In this document: one piece after another, positions 41,238 through 51,306 of the stretch
How positions within the stretch are numbered: position 1 is the stretch's first letter
How the letters are laid out: each line of letters opens with the position of its first letter
Source of the DNA: an uncultured Verrucomicrobiae bacterium
GTDB lineage: Bacteria > Verrucomicrobiota > Verrucomicrobiia > Limisphaerales > CAIMTB01
Assembly: GCA_963841495.1 (NCBI GenBank)
Contig: CAWJDJ010000011.1
Coordinates: forward strand, 589,518 to 653,517
Reading direction: 5' to 3'
Length of the DNA stretch: 64,000 nt
Translations under genes and position numbers: made by a program
Notes under the pieces: generated by a model
Told to the model about the DNA's origin: nothing
Seen by the model: the letters and a program-made list of their open reading frames with translations, nothing else
Database searches by the model: none

Positions 41238-42443
41238 TCATCCTTCGGTGGCGTCGGAGACAAAGAGGCCGACGGCCGCCGTGTAACCGTGGAGAAAATT
41301 GCGACCGGCCACCGGACCGATCTCGCCGTTGCAGAAGAACCCGCCGAGCGGCAGGGCGGCGCCGAATGCGGAGTGAACGCGCTCGGCATCGTGGTGGGGA
41401 AAACCAAAAAGGCGGCTCCCGCGCCCGGCGCAACTGCAGAGGCACGCGGCCTGAATTCGCCTGCCGGCAAGCCGGGCTCGCGCGCCTTCGAGGAGGAACT
41501 CGAGGTCCTCGTGTGCGGCGCGGCCGTCGCGGAATTGGAATTGCAGGGTTTGTCCGACCCGAACGCGCGCGCCCACCGCGACCACACCGCTTTGCGGATC
41601 TGCCGCAAGCAGGTTTCTGACGAGAAAATCGCCCCGCCGATGCTCCTCCTGGTATTCGTTCACGGCGAGGCCAACGAAGATGTTGCCGCCCGCGCGCGCC
41701 TTGTCGGCGGCCGGGAGGCCTTCGAAGGTCTCCTGCAACACGCTGAGGGCGGGAAGATTGGCGATCCGCTGGACCAGGTTGCGCTCAGCGGCCGTGACCG
41801 TCCACGGCTTCCCGATGGGACGGCAGCCCTGGGAGATGAGGGCCTCGAGCGATGTCGAGCCCGCGATGGCCACGGCGACCGCGCCTTCGGTCAGGACCTG
41901 CTGGTTCAGGAACAAGTGGCTCTGATTCGCCTGGGCGGCGCCGCCGGCCAGCCCGCCGACCGCGGGGGTGCCGGGGTACGCCTCGTTCCACTGATGCAGC
42001 CACGCCTCGGCGTCGAAGGTGTACGGGTCCGCGAACACGAGCCAGCCGCGGGTGGCATCGGCGTCCACACCGGTCTGCGCGTGCCACCAGGCGGGACCGT
42101 TGGCCTCCTCGACATCGGCTGACTTAAAGGAGGCGGGCGTCAGGATGGCGCCGGGAAGGTTCAGCAGGACGAACGCGGCTGCCGGGCCGTCCTCGATCTC
42201 CTCCCCGTTGCTGAGAATCCCGGACCCCGTGCAGCCGACGAGCAGGCGCGCCCGGGCATGGACCTGGACGACTTCCAGGATTTCGGCGGCATGGGGGACG
42301 AGCTTCGGTGTGAGAAACAAAAGGGCCAGATCCGCCCGGCCATCGGGAAGCTGTCCGCGGGCCTGTTCGATCCGGGCGCGGAGGGCCCCCTCGTCCCACT
42401 CGCCGTGATACGAGCCGGCAGCCGCCTGGAGGGTTTGGCTCAT
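41238..42443 (-). CDS. FIST domain signal-transduction protein
   Basis: FIST_N and FIST_C regions (FFCNGEIGP). Confidence 0.6.
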   Translation of the reverse strand: MSQTLQAAAGSYHGEWDEGALRARIEQARGQLPDGRADLALLFLTPKLVPHAAEILEVVQVHARARLLVGCTGSGILSNGEEIEDGPAAAFVLLNLPGAILTPASFKSADVEEANGPAWWHAQTGVDADATRGWLVFADPYTFDAEAWLHQWNEAYPGTPAVGGLAGGAAQANQSHLFLNQQVLTEGAVAVAIAGSTSLEALISQGCRPIGKPWTVTAAERNLVQRIANLPALSVLQETFEGLPAADKARAGGNIFVGLAVNEYQEEHRRGDFLVRNLLAADPQSGVVAVGARVRVGQTLQFQFRDGRAAHEDLEFLLEGARARLAGRRIQAACLCSCAGRGSRLFGFPHHDAERVHSAFGAALPLGGFFCNGEIGPVAGRNFLHGYTAAVGLFVSDATEG

Positions 42444-42757
42444 CCGTTGGTTCTCAGACTACGCGTCGGAAGCGGCTGCGTAAATCCGTGGATGGAAGGG
42501 AAAAATGTCCCTTGCAACGCCCTTCGAGCCGGTTAGCCTCGTCGACCGCCCGGGCCGCGTGAGTGCGCGACCCATGAGGGGCTGAGAAACGAAAACGTCA
42601 ACGCACAACCGAACCGTCAACCTCCGTTGCCACCGCAACGCGCGGTTCGTTTAGGCAATGGAGCCTCCGCCGGCACCAGCCATACCAGCTGGCAGAAAAT
42701 CCAACTAGCGGCCAACGCCGGCCAGGTCTCCACACCCGTCAGAAGGCACACGTCCGC
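42444..42757 (+). promoter_or_regulatory. rpsA 5' leader / promoter region
   Basis: 314-nt noncoding stretch upstream of rpsA. S1 genes are typically autoregulated through a structured leader. No promoter elements were identified confidently. Confidence 0.3.
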
Positions 42758-44440
42758 ATGCTTACCATGGAAGAGGCCATGAGGGACAGCGAGCTCCGCT
42801 TCGCCCCGGGTCAGATCGTCAAAGGGATCATCATCGAGGTCCGTCCCCGCGAGGTCCTCGTCGATATTGGGTACAAGAGCGAAGGCATCATCTCTGCCTC
42901 CGAATTCGAGGACATGTCGACCGTCAAGGTCGGCGATGAAGTCCCAATCTACATCGAGAAACTTGAGGACAAGGACGGCATGGTCGTCGTGTCCAAGGAA
43001 AAGGCCGAGTTCAAGCAGAACTGGGAGAAGATCCTCAGTGCCGCCACCGAGGGCGGCACGATCAGCGGGAAGGTCAAGGCCGTGGTCAAAGGCGGCCTGC
43101 TCGTCAATGTCGGCGTGGAGGCCTTTCTGCCGGCGTCGCAGGTCGATATCATCCCCCCGAAGAACCTGCAGGCCTACGTCGGCAACTCGTACGACTTCAA
43201 GATCGTCAAGATCAACCAGGACCGGCAGAACATCGTCCTCTCCCGTCGCGAGCTGATCGAGGCCGAGCGCGCCGAGCGCCGCGCCCGCCTGCTCCAGGAG
43301 ATGACCCCGGGCGACATCCGAAAGGGGACCGTCAAGAACATCACCGACTTCGGTGCCTTCATCGACCTCAACGGTCTCGACGGCCTGCTTCACATCACCG
43401 ACATGTCGTGGGGCCGCATCGGGCATCCGTCCGAGATCCTCAAGGTCGGACAGGAAATCGACGTCGTCGTCCTGGACGTTAACAAGGAGAAGGAACGCGT
43501 CAGTCTCGGCCTCAAGCAGAAGCTCCAGAACCCCTGGGAAAACATCGAGCAGAAGTACCAGGTCGGCCAGCACGTCAAGGGAAAGGTCGTCAACCTCGTC
43601 CCGTACGGCGCGTTCGTCGAAATCGAACCCGGCGTCGAGGGTCTCGTCCATGTCACCGAGCTGTCCTGGACCAAGCGCATCGCCAAGCCTTCCGACGTTC
43701 TCAAGCAGGGCCAGGAGATCGAGGCGGTCGTGCTCGGCATCAACCGCGACGAACAGAAGATCAGCCTCGGTATCCGGCAGCTCGAGGCCAACCCCTGGGA
43801 CAGCGCGAGCGAGAAGTACCCGCCCGCCACGAAGGTCAAGGGCAAGGTCCGCAACCTCACCAGCTACGGCGCCTTCATCGAACTCGAGGAGGGCATCGAC
43901 GGCATGGTGCACGTGTCGGACATCTCCTGGACCCGCAAGATCAATCACCCCTCCGAAGTCCTCAAGAAGGGCGACGAGGTGGAGGCGGTCGTGCTCGAGG
44001 TCGACCGCCCCAACCAACGGATCGCCCTCGGCGTCAAACAGCTCTCCGAGGACCCCTGGGAGCACATCGACCGCCATTACAAGGTCGGCGACCTCGTCAA
44101 CGGGAAGGTCACCAAGCTCGCGAGCTTCGGCGCCTTCATCGGCCTGCAGAACGAGATCGACGGCCTGGTGCACATCTCGCAGGTCAGCGAGGAGCGCGTC
44201 GACAAGATCAAGAACGTCCTGACCGTCGGCCAGGAGGTCACCGCCCGTGTCGTGAAGATCGATCGCGGCGAACGCCGGATCGGCCTGTCGATCAAGGCCG
44301 CGAACTACACGCCCGAACAGCTCAAGGAGGAGCAGAAGATCCTCGACGCCCTCAAGCCGGGCGAGGATCTCGTGGCCCTGGCGTCGGCCTTCGACGCCGC
44401 CGACGAGGCGCGCGCCGCCCGCGAGGCCAAGCCCGAGTAG
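42758..44440 (+). CDS. rpsA: 30S ribosomal protein S1
   Basis: Six S1 domains with the characteristic G.V..I..FGAFV.. repeats. Confidence 0.9.
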   Translation: MLTMEEAMRDSELRFAPGQIVKGIIIEVRPREVLVDIGYKSEGIISASEFEDMSTVKVGDEVPIYIEKLEDKDGMVVVSKEKAEFKQNWEKILSAATEGGTISGKVKAVVKGGLLVNVGVEAFLPASQVDIIPPKNLQAYVGNSYDFKIVKINQDRQNIVLSRRELIEAERAERRARLLQEMTPGDIRKGTVKNITDFGAFIDLNGLDGLLHITDMSWGRIGHPSEILKVGQEIDVVVLDVNKEKERVSLGLKQKLQNPWENIEQKYQVGQHVKGKVVNLVPYGAFVEIEPGVEGLVHVTELSWTKRIAKPSDVLKQGQEIEAVVLGINRDEQKISLGIRQLEANPWDSASEKYPPATKVKGKVRNLTSYGAFIELEEGIDGMVHVSDISWTRKINHPSEVLKKGDEVEAVVLEVDRPNQRIALGVKQLSEDPWEHIDRHYKVGDLVNGKVTKLASFGAFIGLQNEIDGLVHISQVSEERVDKIKNVLTVGQEVTARVVKIDRGERRIGLSIKAANYTPEQLKEEQKILDALKPGEDLVALASAFDAADEARAAREAKPE

Positions 44441-44472
44441 TCATCGGCGCACCCGGAGCAAGGTGTTTTCAA

Positions 44473-44500
44473 GGGCAGGCCCGAAAAGGCCTGCCCTTTT
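44473..44500. terminator. Bidirectional Rho-independent terminator between rpsA and the SNF2 helicase gene
   Basis: gggcaggcc cgaaaa ggcctgccc tttt: 9-bp GC stem, 6-nt loop, T-tract. Confidence 0.7.
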
Positions 44501-44547
44501 CGTCGGTGCGCCCGGATCCCGGGATCGAGTCGGAATGCGAAACCCTG

Positions 44548-47376
44548 TTACCTCTGTGCCTCCAGCGTGGATAAGATGGATGGAATGACGGTTGGAGACA
44601 TCGAACTCGTCCCGATCCTCTGAGCAACCTTCTCCAGCGTGTCCGCCACCGGTTCCCACGGGGAGGTCGGGTCCGCAACAAAGCTCCGCAGGACCGGGAG
44701 AGCGCCATCCCAGACGTTGGCCAGGGGAGCGCGCAAGGCATCCTCGAGTCCCTGCGGTTCTGGCAATCGCTGAACCACGGCCAGCGCGGTGGCGAGATGA
44801 GCCCCCGCTTCCAGGAGCGACCCGCGAGCCTCCGCCGCGAATCCACCGGATCCCAACAGCCGCGCCATCCGCAACCCGCGATCGGACCTTGCCCGCAAAT
44901 CGCTCACCCGGAGGCGTTCCTCTTCGGACAGGGGCCGGGCGTCACCTTGGTCGGACGGCAGCAGCGGCCGGCACCCGCGCGTGGTGATGGAAATCAGGCC
45001 CGCTTCCGCGAGGCGTTCGAGGGCCTCGTGCGTGGCGCGATCGACCACCTCCAGCGTCACTGGGGCCAGGGGATCCGACACGGCCGGTCCGAAGAACGCG
45101 TCATGAAGCGGAAGGAGTCGCTCGCGATGCAGCGCGGCGTCTCGATCCACCACGACATAGAGCACGGAATGGACGCCCTCCCTGGGAAAGCGTTCCTCGC
45201 ATTGCACAAGGGAACCGTTGATCTGCCCAAGGGCCTTTTGAGCAAATCCCATCGTCCGATCGGCGGGAAGATCGGTCGTCTGGACTTTGCCCGGATCCGT
45301 CGAATGCGAACCGGCAGGCACGAGGAGTTGTTGGAGACGGGCGAGAAAGGCCTGGCGATCGCCACGGGGTTTGATCTGGTCGAGGTCCCCCTTGAGATCC
45401 AGCACCCCGTCCGCGAGGGCCTGTTTCCCAGCAAGCGTCTCGATCATTCGATGTTCAATCGTGTTTTCGGAGACGAGATGGATGACGGTGACGGGTTGTG
45501 ACTGGTGCTTGCGCCAGGCCCGGGCGATGCGCTGCTCGAGGCGGGCCGGGTTCCAGGGGAGGTCGCAGTTGACCACGACACTGGCGTTCTGAAGGTTCAA
45601 TCCAGTCGATCCGGTTTCCGTGCTCAGAAACACCCGGCAGGCCGGATCCGTCTTGAAGGCGTTGATCTCCGCCCGCCGGCGGCGTTGCGGCACGCTCCCG
45701 GTGTGCCACGCGTAGCCGAGCCGAAGCTTCTCGCACAGCTCGCGCACCAGCATCAGCATGCGCTCCCACTCCGAGAACACGAGCACCTTGGCGTCGTTCT
45801 CTCGGCAGGACTCGAGGACCTTCTCCAGTTCAGCGAGCTTCGGGCAGACCCGATCGTCCGGATCAAGAATGAAATTGGTGTCGCACACCATGCGCATCAT
45901 CGCCAGGTGGCGAAGGAGCTTTTGCTGTTGCTGCTGGCTCAGGTGCCGGCGTTTCGCGGCTCTCACCAGTCTGGCGACGACGGCGCCGTAGTCGTCATAG
46001 GCTGCCTGTTGAACGGGGCTCAGCCCGACAAAGAGGTGCTTGTCCGTGCGATCCGGAAGCTCCGTCTCGACGTCCGCCTTCCGCCGCCGGAGCATGAACG
46101 GCCGGATTCGATCATGGAGTTGCCGGAGGTTCCGAAACCCGAGGGGTCGCCCCCGCTCATCGAATTCGTAGTATTCGCGATTGAAACGGAACAGGGGTCC
46201 CAGGACGGACGGCTCGAGGAAATCCATCAGCGAATGGAGTTCGTCGATCCGGTTCTCAATGGGAGTCCCGGTGAGAACGAACGCATACCGGCTGCGCAGG
46301 CGTTTGATGGCCTGGCTGGTCTTGGTGTTCCAGTTCTTGATCCTCTGCGCCTCGTCGAGGATGACGATGTCCGGCCGCAGACGTTCGTTCACCTCGAGGG
46401 CGTCCGTCAGCATCTGCTCGTAATTCACGATCGTGAAGAAAGGCGCATTTTCATAGGCCTGCATCCGCGCGTGACGCGGCCCGAACACGAGAAGCAGCGG
46501 CAAATCCGTGAATCGCTGGATCTGCTCCTCCCACTCGGTCTTCAGCGAGGCGGGCGTCACCACGAGGACCCGTTGCGCCTTTCCGAGCCGATGCAGCAGC
46601 GCACACGCCGCGATCGCCTGGATCGTTTTGCCCAATCCCATTTCGTCGGCGAGCAGGGCGCGCTCCGCGAAGGCGAGATGCAACATGCCTTCACGCTGAT
46701 AAGGATAGAGCGGGACACGGGTCTCCTGGATGGGCCATTCGCCGCGCTGCACCCGTTGTTCGTACTCGTGGCGCAGCATTCGGCGTTCCTCGATGCGTTG
46801 GCGTGCCTCCAGCCACGAGTCGACCTCCTGGGACACGCGAACGGAACCGGGATGCCGGGCGCTCAGAAGACGAATCTCGGCGACGACCGCAGCGACATCC
46901 CCATCGTGCGCCAGAAGATATCCCTTCCCATCGAACCGTCTCCGGATGGATTTCGGCAGCCGACCTGGATTCCCCACCAAGCGAAGGGTTCCCGCGGCGA
47001 TTTCGGGAACCAGGTCGACGCGGTCGGACCCGGCCTTCCGGGCGGCTGCAAAGCCTCTGCGGTGGCGCGCCTCCAAATGGCGAAGCACGGCCTCGACATG
47101 CTTGCAGGTGCCGAGACCGTTGACGCGAAAATCCACGCAATTGCAGGCGTACTGCGCGTCGCGAACACTGCGGATCTCGACTGAATAGGTCAGGCCGCTC
47201 GGGGACCGAATGTGGAAGTTCGAGAAGATCGGGGTTCGTGGCTGGGCATTGGTGATCCGGAATCTCTGAGTCTCGGACCGCAGCCGGCGACGTTGGATCT
47301 CCTCCTCGTCGGTGGTGCGCCAGTCATAAACGGGGGGAACCAGCTCCTGGGTCCTTCGCGAGGCACGGCGTGGCAT
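44548..47376 (-). CDS. SNF2-family helicase with N-terminal SWIM zinc finger
   Basis: CNCVDFRVNGLGTCKHVEAVL (SWIM). LADEMGLGKTIQ (motif I), DEAQRIKN (motif II), helicase C domain. About 300-aa C-terminal extension of unknown function. Confidence 0.8.
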   Translation of the reverse strand: MPRRASRRTQELVPPVYDWRTTDEEEIQRRRLRSETQRFRITNAQPRTPIFSNFHIRSPSGLTYSVEIRSVRDAQYACNCVDFRVNGLGTCKHVEAVLRHLEARHRRGFAAARKAGSDRVDLVPEIAAGTLRLVGNPGRLPKSIRRRFDGKGYLLAHDGDVAAVVAEIRLLSARHPGSVRVSQEVDSWLEARQRIEERRMLRHEYEQRVQRGEWPIQETRVPLYPYQREGMLHLAFAERALLADEMGLGKTIQAIAACALLHRLGKAQRVLVVTPASLKTEWEEQIQRFTDLPLLLVFGPRHARMQAYENAPFFTIVNYEQMLTDALEVNERLRPDIVILDEAQRIKNWNTKTSQAIKRLRSRYAFVLTGTPIENRIDELHSLMDFLEPSVLGPLFRFNREYYEFDERGRPLGFRNLRQLHDRIRPFMLRRRKADVETELPDRTDKHLFVGLSPVQQAAYDDYGAVVARLVRAAKRRHLSQQQQQKLLRHLAMMRMVCDTNFILDPDDRVCPKLAELEKVLESCRENDAKVLVFSEWERMLMLVRELCEKLRLGYAWHTGSVPQRRRRAEINAFKTDPACRVFLSTETGSTGLNLQNASVVVNCDLPWNPARLEQRIARAWRKHQSQPVTVIHLVSENTIEHRMIETLAGKQALADGVLDLKGDLDQIKPRGDRQAFLARLQQLLVPAGSHSTDPGKVQTTDLPADRTMGFAQKALGQINGSLVQCEERFPREGVHSVLYVVVDRDAALHRERLLPLHDAFFGPAVSDPLAPVTLEVVDRATHEALERLAEAGLISITTRGCRPLLPSDQGDARPLSEEERLRVSDLRARSDRGLRMARLLGSGGFAAEARGSLLEAGAHLATALAVVQRLPEPQGLEDALRAPLANVWDGALPVLRSFVADPTSPWEPVADTLEKVAQRIGTSSMSPTVIPSILSTLEAQR

Positions 47377-47521
47377 GCCGCGATCTTTGGCGACCCGGAT
47401 CCTGGGTCAACACTCGAAGGCATCCGCTGGCGGGACTCCGGCAATTGGACCGCGAGGGACCGTCGATGTCGATCTTATCTGCCTCACACGTTTCGGGGGT
47501 GAAGAGCCCTCCATCAGGGTT

Positions 47522-49075
47522 CTAGGGACCGACCCCTGGGGGAGGTTCGGTGGCGGGCTTTTCGGCCATCGCGCGGCGCAGGGCCGGAACCTGCTGCATC
47601 AGGCGGTGCAACTCGACGCCGGTGAGGCTCTCAAGCACGGGTGGCAATTGGGCGAAGATGCGCGCGATGTCGCCGGTCAGTTTGCTCGCGCCGCCGCCGT
47701 CGCCGTCGCCCGCGTTGATGATGACCATGCGTTCGGTTTTGGACAGCGGTTCGGAGATCTTGCCCGCGATCTCGGGGAGCACGCGCACCAGGAGTTCGAT
47801 GACGGCGGCCTCGTTGTACTGCTTGAACGATTCCGCCTTCTGCCGCATGGCCTCGGCCTGGGCGTGCCCCTGGGCTTCGATGATTGTGGCTTCGGCGAGG
47901 CCCTTCGCCTTCTGGGCCTCGGCCTCGGCGATGCCGGTGGCCTGGTTGACCTCCGCCTGGGCGAAACCCGTCTGCTTCTGGGCGGCTGCCGCCCCGGCCG
48001 CCTCCGTCTCGAGCTGGAACTTCCGGGCATTCGCGAGCGTCTCGACTTTGTAGCGCTCCGCGTCGGCGGGTTTCTGGACGTTGGCCTCGAGCTCGCGCTG
48101 GCGGCGGAGGATCTCCTGTTGCTGCAGTTCGATCTGTTTCTGTTTCTCGATGATCTGCACCTGGACCTCCTCGGCCTTCACGAGTTGCCCTGTTTTGTAC
48201 TTCTGGAGGTCATAGGAAAGGTCGGCCTCGGCCTTCTTGGTGTTGATGGAGGCGTTGTATTCGGCGGCCTTGAGTTCGTAGTCGCGATGCGCCTCGGCCA
48301 CCCGGGTGTCGGCGACGAATTTCGCCTCCATGCCGGCCTGCTGGGCCTGGGCGCTCTTGATCATTGCGTCGCGATCCGCCTCGGCCTGGGCGATCTGGGC
48401 GTCGCGTTTGACCTGGGCGATACGGGGCTTGCCGAGGGCCTCGAGATAACCCTGTCCGTCGCGGATGTCGCGGATCGTGAAGCTGACAATCGTGAGGCCC
48501 ATGTTCGCCATGTCGCCGGCGGCGACCTCCTGCACCTTTCCCGCGAAGGCATCGCGGTTTTGGTAGATCTCCTCGACCGTCAGTGTTCCGAGAATGGCGC
48601 GCAGATGGCCCTCGAGCGTCTGGGTGGCGATGTTGCGGATCTCCTCGCTGCCCTTGCTGAGAAACTGTTCCGACGCGGTGCCGATCGAGACATCGTCCCC
48701 CTTCACCTTGATCTGGGCAACGCCATCCACCCGGACCGGGACACCCTTGCTCGTGTAGACCTCCGGGGTCTGGACATCGATGGTGAGGAGCTCCAGCGAT
48801 AGGATGTCGACCTTTTCGATGACGGGGTACACGAAGGTGCCGCCGCCCTTCACGATGCGGAACCCGCGGGCGCGCATGGTGCCATCGGTGTCGCGGTAGA
48901 TGGATTTCCGGCCGGAAACGACAAGGACCTGGTTGGGACCGACCTTGGTGTAGCGGCTGGCCCAGACGATGCCGAATAGGACAACCACCGTGACAATGCC
49001 GACCGCCGCGACGGCGGCCATGCCCCAACCGGTGAAGTTGGGACTGAACTGGGCGAGGAGTCCGAGGGGATTCAT
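47522..49075 (-). CDS. Flotillin-like SPFH/band-7 protein (YqiK/FloT-like)
   Basis: N-terminal TM, SPFH domain, long Ala/Gln/Glu-rich coiled-coil. Confidence 0.8.
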   Translation of the reverse strand: MNPLGLLAQFSPNFTGWGMAAVAAVGIVTVVVLFGIVWASRYTKVGPNQVLVVSGRKSIYRDTDGTMRARGFRIVKGGGTFVYPVIEKVDILSLELLTIDVQTPEVYTSKGVPVRVDGVAQIKVKGDDVSIGTASEQFLSKGSEEIRNIATQTLEGHLRAILGTLTVEEIYQNRDAFAGKVQEVAAGDMANMGLTIVSFTIRDIRDGQGYLEALGKPRIAQVKRDAQIAQAEADRDAMIKSAQAQQAGMEAKFVADTRVAEAHRDYELKAAEYNASINTKKAEADLSYDLQKYKTGQLVKAEEVQVQIIEKQKQIELQQQEILRRQRELEANVQKPADAERYKVETLANARKFQLETEAAGAAAAQKQTGFAQAEVNQATGIAEAEAQKAKGLAEATIIEAQGHAQAEAMRQKAESFKQYNEAAVIELLVRVLPEIAGKISEPLSKTERMVIINAGDGDGGGASKLTGDIARIFAQLPPVLESLTGVELHRLMQQVPALRRAMAEKPATEPPPGVGP

Positions 49076-49099
49076 GGTGTCGCAGACGATCCGAGCGTC

Positions 49100-49687
49100 T
49101 TACCTGGGATGGGACTCCGTCGCGGACGAAGTGACATAGAATTGATTCCCGATGATCCGGCGGATGACCACGGTGGCTCCGTTGCCGATCGGGGCGCCAT
49201 CATCGCTTCGCGCCGCGGCTGTGTAGCGGACGCCGCCGTCGATGTAGGCGATCTCGCCCACGCCGTCGCGGGCAATCGGCGTCAGCGTGATGGCCTCCAA
49301 CCCGGCGAGGGTCGCAACTCGGGATTCACTGGAACTTTGCGTCCGCACAAAGACGGCCCGGAACATGACGAACACGAGCGCCGCGACGGAGAGCCCGCCC
49401 AACAGCGACAACGGAACACTCAAAGCGGGTCGCTCGGTCGCTTCGAATCGCGTGAAGATCATGCCGAAACCGCCGAAGGCCGTGATGAACGAGGCGATCG
49501 TGGTGGGGCTGAGCGGGGCAATCCCCGGCATGTGGTCGCCGCCGTAGCCCGCCTCGGAGTGTCCGCCGGACCCGACATCGGCACCATCCGTGTCATGCCC
49601 GCCGAACAGGTGACCTGCAACCGCGGAGATCAGCGCGAACAGCAGTCCGATGAAGAAACACGCCGCATAGGCGATGAAAAGATCCAT
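49100..49687 (-). CDS. NfeD-like membrane protein (YqiJ-like flotillin partner)
   Basis: ATG verified at 49687 (MDLFIAYAACFFIGLLFALISAV). C-terminal OB-fold-like soluble domain. Canonical NfeD-flotillin gene pair. Confidence 0.6.
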   Translation of the reverse strand: MDLFIAYAACFFIGLLFALISAVAGHLFGGHDTDGADVGSGGHSEAGYGGDHMPGIAPLSPTTIASFITAFGGFGMIFTRFEATERPALSVPLSLLGGLSVAALVFVMFRAVFVRTQSSSESRVATLAGLEAITLTPIARDGVGEIAYIDGGVRYTAAARSDDGAPIGNGATVVIRRIIGNQFYVTSSATESHPR

Positions 49688-49877
49688 GACCGATCCCGGG
49701 TGAGCGTTGGGGCAAAGCCAGCCGAAAGCCCCTTCAATCGGCAAGAAGAAATCCGGGGGCGACGCAGGGTGAGGAGCGATCGACGGCCCCGGATTTTCAA
49801 TGGTCGGAACGACGTCCGGCGCTTGCCGGGCGCGCGGGGTTGGGCTGTGCTGCTGGCGGCATGCACTCCAGCCTTCC

Positions 49878-51254
49878 ATGAGCACCTCGACCCCAGCTCT
49901 CCCCAGGCGGAGCCCACCCCAGGCGCCTCCCGTGACACGGCGCGAGATCCTCGGCTGGTGCTTCTATGACGTCGCCGATTCCGCATTCACCACGGTGATC
50001 GTGACGGTGCTGTTCTCGGTCTATTTCGGCACCGTCGTCGTCGGCAACCCGGGTCGGGCGGATTTCCTGTGGGGCCTGGCGGCGTCGGCTTCGGAGGTCG
50101 TGGTCGCGATCCTGGCGCCGGTTCTCGGGGCCGTCGCCGATTTCTCCGGGAGCCGCAAGCGATTTCTTGGGGCATGCGCGGCCACCCTGATCCTCTTCAC
50201 AACCTCCCTCTGGTTTGTCGGGCCCGGAATGACCGGTCTGGCGCTTGTCCTTTATGTCATGGCGAACGTCGGCTTCGCGGGGGGCGGGGTTTTCATCGAC
50301 AGTTTTCTGCCGGGGATTTCCGACGAGTCGAATGCCGGCCGCATTTCCGGTTTGAAATGGGCCATGGGCTACGGCGGCGGACTGCTCGCGTTGCTGGTGT
50401 GCCTGCCGCTGGCCGGTAGCATCCATGAAGGCGCCAGCCCGGCCGAAGTCAATCGCGCCCGCCTCATACCGGTGATCGTCGCCGCCTGGTACGGGTTGGC
50501 GATCATTCCGACCTTCCTCTTCCTCCGGGAACGCGGAATCGGGAAACCGCTGCCGCCCGGCACCGGCTATGTTTCGATGGGTTTCCGCCAGGTGACTCGA
50601 ACGTTTCAGCATGTCCGCAGGTATCGCGAACTCGCCAAGCTCCTCGCCGCCTTTTTGATTTACAACGATGGCATCGTGACGGTTATCACCTTCGCCGCCC
50701 GATATGCCAAGGAGACGATCGGGTTCGAGACGGTGGACATCGTGAAGCTGTTTGTCGTGATGAACGTCATTGCGCTCGTCGGCGCGCTGGCGTTTGGCTG
50801 GCTCGCCGACCGCATCGGGCAGAAACGCGCGATCCTGATCTCGCTGGCAATCTGGATCGGTTCCACCACGCTCGCTTACTTCTCGCACAGCAAGTCCAGC
50901 TTCTTCGTGGTCGCGACACTCGCCGGGATTGGAATGGGCTCCTGCCAGTCGGTGACGCGAAGCCTCGTGTCCCTCTTTACACCCCGCGAAAATGCCGCGG
51001 AGTTCTTCGGGTTTCTGGGGATCGCCGGCAAGGCGCTGGCCTTTCTCGGGCCGCTCGTCTTCGGGTACCTGTCGGCGACTACCGGGAGCCAGCGCCCGGC
51101 CATTCTGGCGATCGGAGTCTTCTTTATTGCGGGCGCGTTGGTTTTGATGACGGTGGACGAGGCGAAGGGAAAGCAAGGAGCCCTGGTCCCCGTGGATGCG
51201 CCGGCGGCGACGCCACCTCTGCCCCCGCCGCCCGGCGAGGGACGGATCGGGTGA
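49878..51254 (+). CDS. MFS transporter, UMF1/Atg22-like family
   Basis: ATG at 49878 (MSTSTPALPRR...). WCFYDVADSAF N-terminal motif typical of Atg22-like MFS; 12 TM. Confidence 0.65.
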   Translation: MSTSTPALPRRSPPQAPPVTRREILGWCFYDVADSAFTTVIVTVLFSVYFGTVVVGNPGRADFLWGLAASASEVVVAILAPVLGAVADFSGSRKRFLGACAATLILFTTSLWFVGPGMTGLALVLYVMANVGFAGGGVFIDSFLPGISDESNAGRISGLKWAMGYGGGLLALLVCLPLAGSIHEGASPAEVNRARLIPVIVAAWYGLAIIPTFLFLRERGIGKPLPPGTGYVSMGFRQVTRTFQHVRRYRELAKLLAAFLIYNDGIVTVITFAARYAKETIGFETVDIVKLFVVMNVIALVGALAFGWLADRIGQKRAILISLAIWIGSTTLAYFSHSKSSFFVVATLAGIGMGSCQSVTRSLVSLFTPRENAAEFFGFLGIAGKALAFLGPLVFGYLSATTGSQRPAILAIGVFFIAGALVLMTVDEAKGKQGALVPVDAPAATPPLPPPPGEGRIG

Positions 51255-51306
51255 GGGATTCGCGCGTGTCGCCAGCGGACCGGGTTCCTGCTACAACCTG
51301 CCCTTC

